From Escherichia phage 310Ecol104PP, in sequence record OR062946.1: a stretch of 64,000 bases of DNA, one strand, 5' to 3'. The notes below the pieces were generated by a model. It was not told where the DNA came from. It saw only the letters and a list, made by a program, of their open reading frames with translations, and ran no database searches. Positions within the stretch are counted from its first letter, which is position 1, and every line of letters begins with the position of its first letter. Of the stretch, positions 9,380 to 19,881 are shown piece by piece. The translations under genes and the position numbers were made by a program.

Positions 9380-9573
9380 ACTAATTCCTTTAATCCGTAA
9401 ATAGGAGATAATTCATCACCCATACGAAGGTCTTCATTTCCATCTACCCAGGAAACAATATAAGCCTCTTTTATTTGAATACCACTCCATTTAAATGGAG
9501 GTAGAACCTTAGAAATTAATCCAGGTATACCAACTCCCTTTAATTCAACAGTTTGACCTAAAAAGAATTTCAT
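9376..9573 (-). CDS. hypothetical protein, 65 aa
   Basis: ORF with overlapping start/stop to neighbours. Confidence 0.45.
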   Translation of the reverse strand: MKFFLGQTVELKGVGIPGLISKVLPPFKWSGIQIKEAYIVSWVDGNEDLRMGDELSPIYGLKELV

Positions 9574-9860
9574 TAGAACCTCATCTGAAAACCATGCGAT
9601 TTAACATTACCGCCGCCAATATCAGAAATGTTAATTTCACGCGCAATTGAAGGGTCAATGTCAATTTCACGATTAAGTTTAGTGATAGCTAAAGTATCGC
9701 GGCCATTTACAGTACGGAACTCTAAAGGGCAGACTATATTAACATAGTTTTTAATCGATTCACTAGTAGGCTGCAAATGAGCAGGAAGGTCTTTAGGTGC
9801 CTTAGAGAAAACCACTTCACAGAAATTTTTGCGGGTATCAAAATAAGTAGTCATAAACAT
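9573..9860 (-). CDS. hypothetical protein, 95 aa
   Basis: ORF preceded by hairpin and RBS. Confidence 0.5.
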   Translation of the reverse strand: MFMTTYFDTRKNFCEVVFSKAPKDLPAHLQPTSESIKNYVNIVCPLEFRTVNGRDTLAITKLNREIDIDPSIAREINISDIGGGNVKSHGFQMRF

Positions 9861-9877
9861 AGTATTTACCTCAGTAA

Positions 9878-9891
9878 GGGGCCGAAGCCCC
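9878..9891 (-). terminator. intercistronic hairpin GGGGC-CGAA-GCCCC
   Basis: Perfect 5 bp GC stem with tetraloop between two minus-strand ORFs. Confidence 0.45.
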
Positions 9892-9901
9892 TCATTTTAT
9901 T

Positions 9902-10267
9902 TTAAATATCAAATTCGTTAAGAACTACATCAAAGATTGCTTCAAGATGCTCAGGTTTAGCTCTGTTACTCAGAATATGACGAATCCAAGTTTTAACCAG
10001 AAGCTTGCGATTAACGCCATTCCAGCAAGGATGAGTCCCTAAATCGCGTTGACGAAAATCATCATCCAATGCGATTTTAAAAGAAGAACCTTCTTTCGTG
10101 ATTGAAACCGTGATGCCATTTTCAAATCGCATATAAACGTAGTTAGGAGTCATATACTGTTCAATTTCGCATACTGATCCATTTTGATGTTTCCAAAGGC
10201 AGATAGTATCAATAGAACCTGCAATACCGTTAGAAACATATTTACGTTCAAAGTTGATGTAATTCAT
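9902..10267 (-). CDS. hypothetical protein, 121 aa
   Basis: ORF downstream of early promoter 10305-10333. Confidence 0.55.
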   Translation of the reverse strand: MNYINFERKYVSNGIAGSIDTICLWKHQNGSVCEIEQYMTPNYVYMRFENGITVSITKEGSSFKIALDDDFRQRDLGTHPCWNGVNRKLLVKTWIRHILSNRAKPEHLEAIFDVVLNEFDI

Positions 10268-10304
10268 TTTTATTCTCCGAGATGTTTAATTGCGGTACAG
10301 GTAT

Positions 10305-10333
10305 ATAATATCATATCCTGTACCAAAGTAAAC
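10305..10333 (-). promoter_or_regulatory. T4-type early promoter (GTTTAC, 17 nt spacer, TATTAT)
   Basis: Read on minus strand. Confidence 0.5.
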
Positions 10334-10337
10334 TATT

Positions 10338-10706
10338 TTATGCAACTTTAATCCAATTATCTAAATTTAATTCACCTTTGGCTTTCATTTTTTCAATCAA
10401 GAGGTCAGCGGTAATACGACCATTTTGATACCACGTAACATCTTCAGAGTAACCAGTTTCTTTATCTTCATAAGTCTCACAGCGAATTTTACCAAGAATC
10501 AAAGTTTTTAATTCGTATGTATCTCCAGTAAAAAAGTTAGTTAACATTATTTTCCAAGAGAAATCATCAGAAGGACCTTCAGGAGTCATGCAACCTACAA
10601 ATTCAAATTGTTCTTTGTATAAGTGCCACTGAAGTTCTTTAGTTTCGATAGCTTTATAGCCGTCGTGGTCTTTACCTTTGATGTATGAGTTAAGATTGAT
10701 TTTCAT
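10338..10706 (-). CDS. hypothetical protein, 122 aa
   Basis: ORF downstream of early promoter 10734-10763. Confidence 0.55.
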   Translation of the reverse strand: MKINLNSYIKGKDHDGYKAIETKELQWHLYKEQFEFVGCMTPEGPSDDFSWKIMLTNFFTGDTYELKTLILGKIRCETYEDKETGYSEDVTWYQNGRITADLLIEKMKAKGELNLDNWIKVA

Positions 10707-10733
10707 TTTATTCTCCTTTGTTTGTGTAAGATA

Positions 10734-10763
10734 ATACTATCACAAAGGAGCCATACTGTAAAC
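10734..10763 (-). promoter_or_regulatory. T4-type early promoter (GTTTAC -35, TAGTAT-like -10)
   Basis: Read on minus strand. Confidence 0.4.
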
Positions 10764-10793
10764 AACTTTGTGCAATCTTTGGAAAATAAAAAA

Positions 10794-10811
10794 GGACTCC
10801 CGAAGGAGTCC
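10794..10811 (-). terminator. rho-independent terminator, GGACTCC-CGAA-GGAGTCC then U-run on minus-strand RNA
   Basis: Perfect 7 bp stem, UUCG loop on minus strand, followed by TTTTTTATTTT. Confidence 0.65.
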
Positions 10812-10816
10812 TTAAC

Positions 10817-11035
10817 TTATGCTTTCTGCTTACCAAAACGAGAAGCATCATCTCGAAGAACCGCACGTGCTCGGCGCATGATCTTCTCAACAGTTTGATT
10901 GATACGAGAGTTCGACCCACGCTTGTAACCAGCGCGTTTAGAATCACCAACTTTCTTTTCAACTGCTTTCTTTGCTTTAGCTTGTTTTGCCATTATAAAT
11001 TCTCTTTTAAATGAAAATGCAGGACTTATTGGCAT
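10817..11035 (-). CDS. small lysine/arginine-rich basic protein (true start may be internal Met 15)
   Basis: 72 aa ORF, MAKQAKAKKAVEKKVGDSKRAGYKRG...; followed by terminator. Confidence 0.45.
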   Translation of the reverse strand: MPISPAFSFKREFIMAKQAKAKKAVEKKVGDSKRAGYKRGSNSRINQTVEKIMRRARAVLRDDASRFGKQKA

Positions 11036-11187
11036 TGCCTGCGCAAGCCCTCAAGGGGTACTTAGGTTTTAAATATTTACCGACAGGATAACCATAAACC
11101 TCGTCAACATTCAAGAGGTACACCGTAAAACAAAGTTCGACGGCTCCTCGATTTTAGCTCACACTAAGGCAGTGACTCTCCAATAAA

Positions 11188-11436
11188 TTACTTCAGTGTT
11201 ACCACAAAGTGACGAACTGCTTTTCGTGCGGCAGAAGCCAGAGGCTTAGCATACTTAAGTTCATCTTTTTCCTGGAGCTCAGCGGCTAATGCAGTTTGAG
11301 CAGGATTCAGATGTTTGAAATAACGCAGGATTTCAAGAGCTTCGGCTTCAACATCAATAGATGCGCCATAGTTTTCGTGACCATTATTCCATGCGTTTCG
11401 TTGCAGTTCAAGAGCGTATTGTAATTGTTTAATCAT
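11188..11436 (-). CDS. rIII: lysis-inhibition accessory protein RIII
   Basis: 82 aa ORF MIKQLQYALELQRNAWNNGHENY... matching T4 RIII length and map position between 30.x ORFs and gene 31. Confidence 0.8.
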   Translation of the reverse strand: MIKQLQYALELQRNAWNNGHENYGASIDVEAEALEILRYFKHLNPAQTALAAELQEKDELKYAKPLASAARKAVRHFVVTLK

Positions 11437-11583
11437 TTAAAAATTCTCGTTAGAGATTAAAACTCGGTAGTCACGTTCTTCTGAATTTCATCTTCTTTCG
11501 ACAGATCTCTCAGTTGTAGACTACCACGTAGAATTGTTCGGTTAACTTATTATTCCGACACCCAATTCATATTATTATTTATA

Positions 11584-11919
11584 TCACTTATAAAGACACG
11601 GAATAGCTTTATAGTGACAAGTAACGAATTTTTGTTTAATTTCTTTTGGCTGCTTAAGACCCAGAGCTACAAAAGGATGCGGAACGTTTCGAATTTGACC
11701 AACTGGAAGAGAAGTCAAATCACCAACTTCGCAGAAACCTTCAGGAACATCAGGACCAACAGAGTGAACTACACACAGTTCAGGAACTTCACCTTGGACA
11801 CGTTTACCGATAATAAGTCCTGATTCTGTAACTTCTTCATCGCCGGCTTGTGCAGGTTCAGAAACTAAAATAACATATTCACCGACAGCACGAATTGGTA
11901 GCTGTTGTACTTCAGACAT
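11584..11919 (-). CDS. 31: co-chaperonin gp31 (GroES analogue)
   Basis: 111 aa [22 protein letters not shown]..., same length as T4 gp31. Confidence 0.85.
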
Positions 11920-11975
11920 CGTTTTTCCTTTTTGTTAACAGATGAATTAATAATAACAAATAATTCTTAAAGCAT

Positions 11976-12284
11976 TTATTTACCAATAAATTGAAGCAAA
12001 TGCTCAACTTTCATACCATTAACGGAAATCAATTTGTCAATAGAAAAACCTCGCCATGCACCTAGTTCAACATCAAATACTGGAATCATATCAGTAGATT
12101 CTTTCCGAGTAGATTCAGTCAATTTACCGGTTTGCATAGTTGGCATAAAGTCAGCATCACGAGTGCCTTTCATAGTACGAATAGTACCATCAGACTTTTC
12201 AAAAACCACGTTTGAAATACCCATGGACAATTTAGTTTTCAAAATTTCACGAATTGCTACTTTCTGTTCAGTTGTCAATTTCAT
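11976..12284 (-). CDS. hypothetical protein, 102 aa (31.1 region)
   Basis: ORF in operon context. Confidence 0.5.
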   Translation of the reverse strand: MKLTTEQKVAIREILKTKLSMGISNVVFEKSDGTIRTMKGTRDADFMPTMQTGKLTESTRKESTDMIPVFDVELGAWRGFSIDKLISVNGMKVEHLLQFIGK

Positions 12285-12521
12285 TTATTTACCTATTACA
12301 GTTTTAATATGGGTTGTTCCACGTTCTTTAAGAGTGGAAAGCAATTTTTGGCATTTTTCTAGATCAGATTTCCAACTATACGGTTTATCAATACAAACCC
12401 ATTCTGACTTATAATACTGCTTCCATTTAGAGAAAAAATACTTCTTATACTCTACAGCAAATGAAATGTTCTCGTTAGAATAAGAACTAATTGCTGTGAG
12501 CTGTACCAAACGAAATTTCAT
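12285..12521 (-). CDS. hypothetical protein, 78 aa (31.2 region)
   Basis: ORF in operon context. Confidence 0.5.
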   Translation of the reverse strand: MKFRLVQLTAISSYSNENISFAVEYKKYFFSKWKQYYKSEWVCIDKPYSWKSDLEKCQKLLSTLKERGTTHIKTVIGK

Positions 12522-13102
12522 TATTCACCACAGAATTCGTTGATATTTTCCCAATTTAACTTATTCAAGTTTTTCTTAGGAACATTAAACACTTCAATAC
12601 CTGCATTTCGCAGAATATCATCCCAGCCAGGTTTATTCTTATCGTATGTTTCGCAATAAACCAGCTTTTTAATTCCAGATTGAGCTATCGCTTTTGCACA
12701 ATCTGGGCAAGGAGAAAGTGTTACATACATAGTAGCACCTTCAATTGAAGAACCGTTTCGTGCAGCAAACAAAATCGCATTTAGTTCAGCATGAATTTCA
12801 TTTTTAGACGACCATTCAGAGTGAGCGCTACGGTGTTCTTTCGCCAAGACAAAGCGATCAGTTGAACCAAACGATACACATTCAGGCTTATGACCTTGAA
12901 TGATAGTATGTTTAGGCTTATTCAGCAACCAGCCTTGTTCAGCAGCATAATCACAGCAATTCACACCGCCTGCAGGCGAACCATTATATCCGGTAGAAAT
13001 AATACGTCCATTCTTTTCAATTACTGCTCCTACCTTCCAGGAGCAACATTTGGATTCTTGTGATACTAAATATGCAATTTGAAGTACTGTACTCGCTTTC
13101 AT
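12521..13102 (-). CDS. cd: dCMP deaminase
   Basis: 193 aa; zinc-binding HAE...PCxxC deaminase motifs (HAELNAILFAAR, SPCPDCAKAI); same length as T4 Cd. Confidence 0.9.
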   Translation of the reverse strand: MKASTVLQIAYLVSQESKCCSWKVGAVIEKNGRIISTGYNGSPAGGVNCCDYAAEQGWLLNKPKHTIIQGHKPECVSFGSTDRFVLAKEHRSAHSEWSSKNEIHAELNAILFAARNGSSIEGATMYVTLSPCPDCAKAIAQSGIKKLVYCETYDKNKPGWDDILRNAGIEVFNVPKKNLNKLNWENINEFCGE

Positions 13103-13437
13103 TTCATAATCACCAGATAAGCAGATTTAGCAGTTTCAACACGATAAATTTCGTGACGAAGTTTAGTTATACTTTTAATAACAGAACTAATTATATTCTG
13201 CCCATCTTTAAAGCGGTTTTTCTTATCAATAAAAATTGCGCCAGTCATCTTTTTGTGAAGCTCAACTGGATACTTCGTCACAATAATAGCATCATACACA
13301 GAAGGATGAATACTATTCACTAGAGTATCATTCATTAAAGTTATTCTAATGAACTGTGCTGTTTCAGAATCAAGCGCTCTATGATCGCCAGTATCATTTT
13401 CAAGACAATTATCAATTATATCAGTTAAATTCATCAT
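13099..13437 (-). CDS. hypothetical protein, 112 aa
   Basis: ORF overlapping cd start. Confidence 0.5.
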   Translation of the reverse strand: MMNLTDIIDNCLENDTGDHRALDSETAQFIRITLMNDTLVNSIHPSVYDAIIVTKYPVELHKKMTGAIFIDKKNRFKDGQNIISSVIKSITKLRHEIYRVETAKSAYLVIMK

Positions 13438-13670
13438 AGTACGCCATACACCCTTTGTGCTTCAACTAATCCATCAAAATCCAGTTTGAGATGTGTTATT
13501 TGGTCACCATCACTTGGATTCACAATTACTAATACTGAACGAGGAGTTTCGGTAATAACACGAACCGATGTTTCAGGAAATCGTTCAGAAACTTTATTTA
13601 CCAATTCCTGAGCAAATAGTTTAACTTTTTCTTGGAATTCTTTAACAGTAATTGGTTTTTCACTTAGCAT
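13434..13670 (-). CDS. hypothetical protein, 78 aa
   Basis: ORF downstream of early promoter. Confidence 0.5.
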   Translation of the reverse strand: MLSEKPITVKEFQEKVKLFAQELVNKVSERFPETSVRVITETPRSVLVIVNPSDGDQITHLKLDFDGLVEAQRVYGVL

Positions 13671-13710
13671 TTCAATTTCCTCATTTATTTTGGTAGAGCT
13701 ATAATATCAC

Positions 13711-13740
13711 AACTCTACCGTAAAGTAAACTGTTAAATTG
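13711..13740 (-). promoter_or_regulatory. T4-type early promoter (GTTTAC, 18 nt spacer, TATTAT)
   Basis: Read on minus strand. Confidence 0.5.
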
Positions 13741-14008
13741 CCTTGAATTCTGATGTCTGTGATTCAAAGCGAATATCGCCTTTGATGACTAGCTCAGCAT
13801 CAAGACCGAATACGACAATAATATGAGCAGAACCTGGATACAGCGTAATGGCAATAGAATCAACCTGGTCTGGAAGCAAAGTATTCAATACATGAGTCAC
13901 TTGAGCATGAATTCGAAGCTCAGCTGCATTATCAAACTTTTCAAACATATTATTAGCGATAATTTGGCTAAACACTACTTCTACGATTTTAGAATAAGTC
14001 GGAAACAT
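13733..14008 (-). CDS. hypothetical protein, 91 aa
   Basis: ORF in operon context. Confidence 0.45.
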   Translation of the reverse strand: MFPTYSKIVEVVFSQIIANNMFEKFDNAAELRIHAQVTHVLNTLLPDQVDSIAITLYPGSAHIIVVFGLDAELVIKGDIRFESQTSEFKAI

Positions 14009-14010
14009 AT

Positions 14011-14211
14011 TTACCTCACATAATTTTCTTCAAGCCAATCAATAACATCCAACGCACTATCAAAAATTGAACCATCTACTTTGTCTTCTGTTTCATAATC
14101 AAGAACATCTAAGCCTACTCTTCCGTCAACAATAGGCCATAGACAAAATAGATATTTCTTTTCTTTTTCAATTTTATCACAAAGTCGATAAATCTTTTCT
14201 ATGTTATTCAT
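14011..14211 (-). CDS. hypothetical protein, 66 aa
   Basis: ORF in operon context. Confidence 0.4.
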   Translation of the reverse strand: MNNIEKIYRLCDKIEKEKKYLFCLWPIVDGRVGLDVLDYETEDKVDGSIFDSALDVIDWLEENYVR

Positions 14212-14400
14212 AAGTTTTCCATGGTAAAGGCAGTTTAGTTTTCTTTACTGTTAGTTCAACATTAGGATTCTTTTCTCTTAATTTAAGACATTCCTCCCAA
14301 GCTCTGTATTCACTAGTGAATACACAAAATTGCCCATTACTAGTACCAACTAAACCGCTATTTACAATAACAATAGACCAAGTTTCATGATGCCAAGCCA

Positions 14401-14401
<1 letters not shown>
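14204..14401 (-). CDS. hypothetical protein, 65 aa
   Basis: ORF in operon context. Confidence 0.4.
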
Positions 14402-15622
<1,221 letters not shown>

Positions 15623-15626
<4 letters not shown>

Positions 15627-15853
15627 TTATTTTTCTCAACCAGTGATTGAATATAATCATGCAGGTCTTTAGATGCTTTGCCCCACTTATTTTGATATTC
15701 ATTTTTGAGATTAGCACGTGATTGAGCTAATAAAACATCATTAGTTGGAGGTAAAGATTCTAACCGCTGAATCTGGCGTCCATAAATCATTGCAGCCATC
15801 TCGGATTCATAAATCAATCCTTTGAGATGTTCAAATTGATGCCATGAAATCAT
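15623..15853 (-). CDS. hypothetical protein, 76 aa
   Basis: ORF in operon context. Confidence 0.45.
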
Positions 15854-16149
15854 TTACATTTATCCTCTTTTAGCTCTTGACGATAATAACATATCATAGT
15901 TTTCTGATCATGCACATATCGTTTTACATCATTAAGCCAAATACGAAATTCCTGGGAATCTTCAAATGGCATACCGACCCAAGCTTTACCATCAATAACT
16001 TTAACTTGCCAAGATAGTTTAGCTTCGTCATATGACTTTATTTGCACAGGCCAATTAGGATGAACTGTTTCTTTCTTTACTTCTAGAGGCTTTGTCGAAC
16101 AACCAACTAGAAGACCAATAGATAATATTACTGCTGATAGTTTAATCAT
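15850..16149 (-). CDS. o-spanin-like outer-membrane lipoprotein
   Basis: 99 aa; signal peptide with lipobox LLVGC; C-terminal cysteines; lies directly downstream of an i-spanin-like ORF, as for the T4 spanin pair in the pseT region. Confidence 0.65.
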   Translation of the reverse strand: MIKLSAVILSIGLLVGCSTKPLEVKKETVHPNWPVQIKSYDEAKLSWQVKVIDGKAWVGMPFEDSQEFRIWLNDVKRYVHDQKTMICYYRQELKEDKCK

Positions 16150-16499
16150 TTAGAAAGGTCCTGGATGTCTTCTGCGAACTTGTTGAAGGAGTTGTTGATT
16201 TGTTTTTCAACCAATCCTGGCTTATGAGCCACCACATCCGCCTTCTTTGCATCTTTGCGCAGTTTTTCATTTTCACGCTCAATAGCAGCAATTGCCTCAC
16301 GATTTTTATTATTCATCGCATCAATATAATTATACTGAATTCGCAAATTATTTAATGCTAAGGCGTTTTCATTGGCCGTTTTTGTAATTTCTACAACAGA
16401 CGTTTCTAATCTTTCAATTTTACTTTTTAAAATTAAAGAAGTTCCGCCCAATGCAATTACAATTAATAACAAGCCTGCTGTCGTATTACTTAATTGCAT
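16146..16499 (-). CDS. i-spanin-like inner-membrane protein
   Basis: 117 aa; N-terminal transmembrane segment (LLLIVIALGGTSLIL) followed by a coiled-coil-like region. Confidence 0.6.
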   Translation of the reverse strand: MQLSNTTAGLLLIVIALGGTSLILKSKIERLETSVVEITKTANENALALNNLRIQYNYIDAMNNKNREAIAAIERENEKLRKDAKKADVVAHKPGLVEKQINNSFNKFAEDIQDLSK

Positions 16500-16984
16500 A
16501 AAGTTTTAATAACCTCTATAATATCGTCTTGAGAAAGACCGTTAATTAAAATATGATGTTCAGCCGAAGATTTAGAAATTTTAAAGCATGCCTCAACATC
16601 TTCTGCCATATCTGATGCGCTACGATTTGGATTACTAATTCCAAGACGATGTTTTCCCGTCAAAGGATTAACGATGATGTAGCATTTACAGTTGTTAATA
16701 TGAACATTAGGTTGAGTCTGATTAATGAACACATCACAATCATATTTCGCAAGCTGATTTTCTAAAAAGACTTTCATCTCCTCAACTGCATCAGGAAGCA
16801 TATCACGGGCTTGCTCAAGACGACGATTTCGATATTCTTTAATGGTCGTTTTCTTAGCTAAATCTTTCTTAAGATCGGTGATATATCCAACTCGACGATT
16901 TCCTTTAAATACAGAAATCCCATCTGTAGTATCACCGTATGCTTCAACGACCATCTCAGTAGTAATAAGCTGCAAATCCATCAT
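16490..16984 (-). CDS. alc: Alc, inhibitor of host transcription
   Basis: 164 aa ORF at the T4 alc map position between pseT region and rnlA. Confidence 0.7.
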   Translation of the reverse strand: MMDLQLITTEMVVEAYGDTTDGISVFKGNRRVGYITDLKKDLAKKTTIKEYRNRRLEQARDMLPDAVEEMKVFLENQLAKYDCDVFINQTQPNVHINNCKCYIIVNPLTGKHRLGISNPNRSASDMAEDVEACFKISKSSAEHHILINGLSQDDIIEVIKTLCN

Positions 16985-17012
16985 AAAGTCCTCATGTTAT
17001 GTCAGTAAGACT

Positions 17013-17042
17013 ACTGTAACACATCACGAGGGACTTGTAAAC
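17013..17042 (-). promoter_or_regulatory. T4-type early promoter upstream of alc (GTTTAC, TACAGT)
   Basis: Part of a 53 nt block near-identical to 1689-1741. Confidence 0.5.
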
Positions 17043-17045
17043 AGC

Positions 17046-18633
<1,588 letters not shown>

Positions 18634-18640
18634 AATAAAA

Positions 18641-18656
18641 TGGGCCTTGCGGCCCA
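18641..18656 (-). terminator. hairpin GGGCC-(GCAA)-GGCCC between nrdB and denA
   Basis: Perfect GC stem with GNRA-type loop on minus-strand RNA, followed by U-rich tract. Confidence 0.45.
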
Positions 18657-18660
18657 CTCC

Positions 18661-19830
18661 TTAAAAATATTTTTTAAAACTCATCATAACTTTATCATCA
18701 ACGTCATTATCAATCTGTGCTACAAGATAAGATGACAGTTCTACTTCTTGCGGTGCAGATTGAACATTATCAGAATTAAGATATTCACGAATCCAAGGAT
18801 ACGGATGTTTAACCGGAGCATCAGTAATTGGGCATGGAAGACCACACTGTTTCATACGAGATACAGTTAAGTAATCAATAAAGCTCCACATGCTATTTGT
18901 ATTTAATCCAGGAACATCGCCATCTTTAAATAAATGAACTGCCCAGTCTTTTTCTTGACGGTTAACTTCCATGAAAATATCAACTGCTTCTTGTTCACAC
19001 TCTTGAGCAATTTTAACCCATTCATCACCATCAGTGCCAAGTTGAAGTTGACGAATAATATATTGGGTGCCTTTAAGGTGAAGCTGCTCATCACGTGCAA
19101 TGAACTTCATAATCTTGGCATTACCTTCCATGATTTCCATGTTCTTATGGAAGTTAAAGGTACATGCGAAAGATACATAAAAACGAATAGCTTCCAATGC
19201 GTTGATTACGTGCAGGCAGAGGTAAAGAGATTTCATTAGTGCTCGTTTAGTACATTCAACAACTTTGCCTAGCTCTTCTTTACGAAATCCTTCTGATAAA
19301 ATTCCTTCATAATCTTCAACCGCATTCTGATATTCACGAGTCTTAACTAGAACGTCATCATAATAACGACCAATAGATTCAGCACGTTTCATGATAGCTT
19401 TATCTAATACAATCTCATCAAATACCTTTGATGGATCAGTATAAAGATTTCGCATGATATGAGTATATGAACGACTGTGAATAGTTTCGCTAAAAGTCCA
19501 TGTAGCAACCCATGTATCAAGGCTTGGATCTGAAATTAATGACATAAGTACAGCAGACGGTGCACGACCCTGAATGCTATCTAGAAGTGATTGATACTTC
19601 AGGTTATTAGTAAAAATATCTTGCTGATACTGAGGAAGCTTGTTAAATTGTGCAGCATCCATCATCAAGTTTACTTCTTCAGGACGCCAGAAAAATGATA
19701 ATTGCTTTTCGGTTAAATCTTCAAAAACTTTATGGCGTTGAATATCATAACGCGCAATACCAAGACCTGAACCGAAGAACATAGGTTCTTTTAAAACATC
19801 AACTGGATTTGTATTAAAAACTGTGCTCAT
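18661..19830 (-). CDS. nrdB: ribonucleotide reductase small subunit (uninterrupted)
   Basis: 389 aa continuous ORF; T4 NrdB is 388 aa but interrupted by a group I intron in T4. Confidence 0.9.
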   Translation of the reverse strand: MSTVFNTNPVDVLKEPMFFGSGLGIARYDIQRHKVFEDLTEKQLSFFWRPEEVNLMMDAAQFNKLPQYQQDIFTNNLKYQSLLDSIQGRAPSAVLMSLISDPSLDTWVATWTFSETIHSRSYTHIMRNLYTDPSKVFDEIVLDKAIMKRAESIGRYYDDVLVKTREYQNAVEDYEGILSEGFRKEELGKVVECTKRALMKSLYLCLHVINALEAIRFYVSFACTFNFHKNMEIMEGNAKIMKFIARDEQLHLKGTQYIIRQLQLGTDGDEWVKIAQECEQEAVDIFMEVNRQEKDWAVHLFKDGDVPGLNTNSMWSFIDYLTVSRMKQCGLPCPITDAPVKHPYPWIREYLNSDNVQSAPQEVELSSYLVAQIDNDVDDKVMMSFKKYF

Positions 19831-19881
19831 AAATTTTCCGCTTAGTTAATAGATAGTGACTCGTCCGTGAGTCAAATTATA

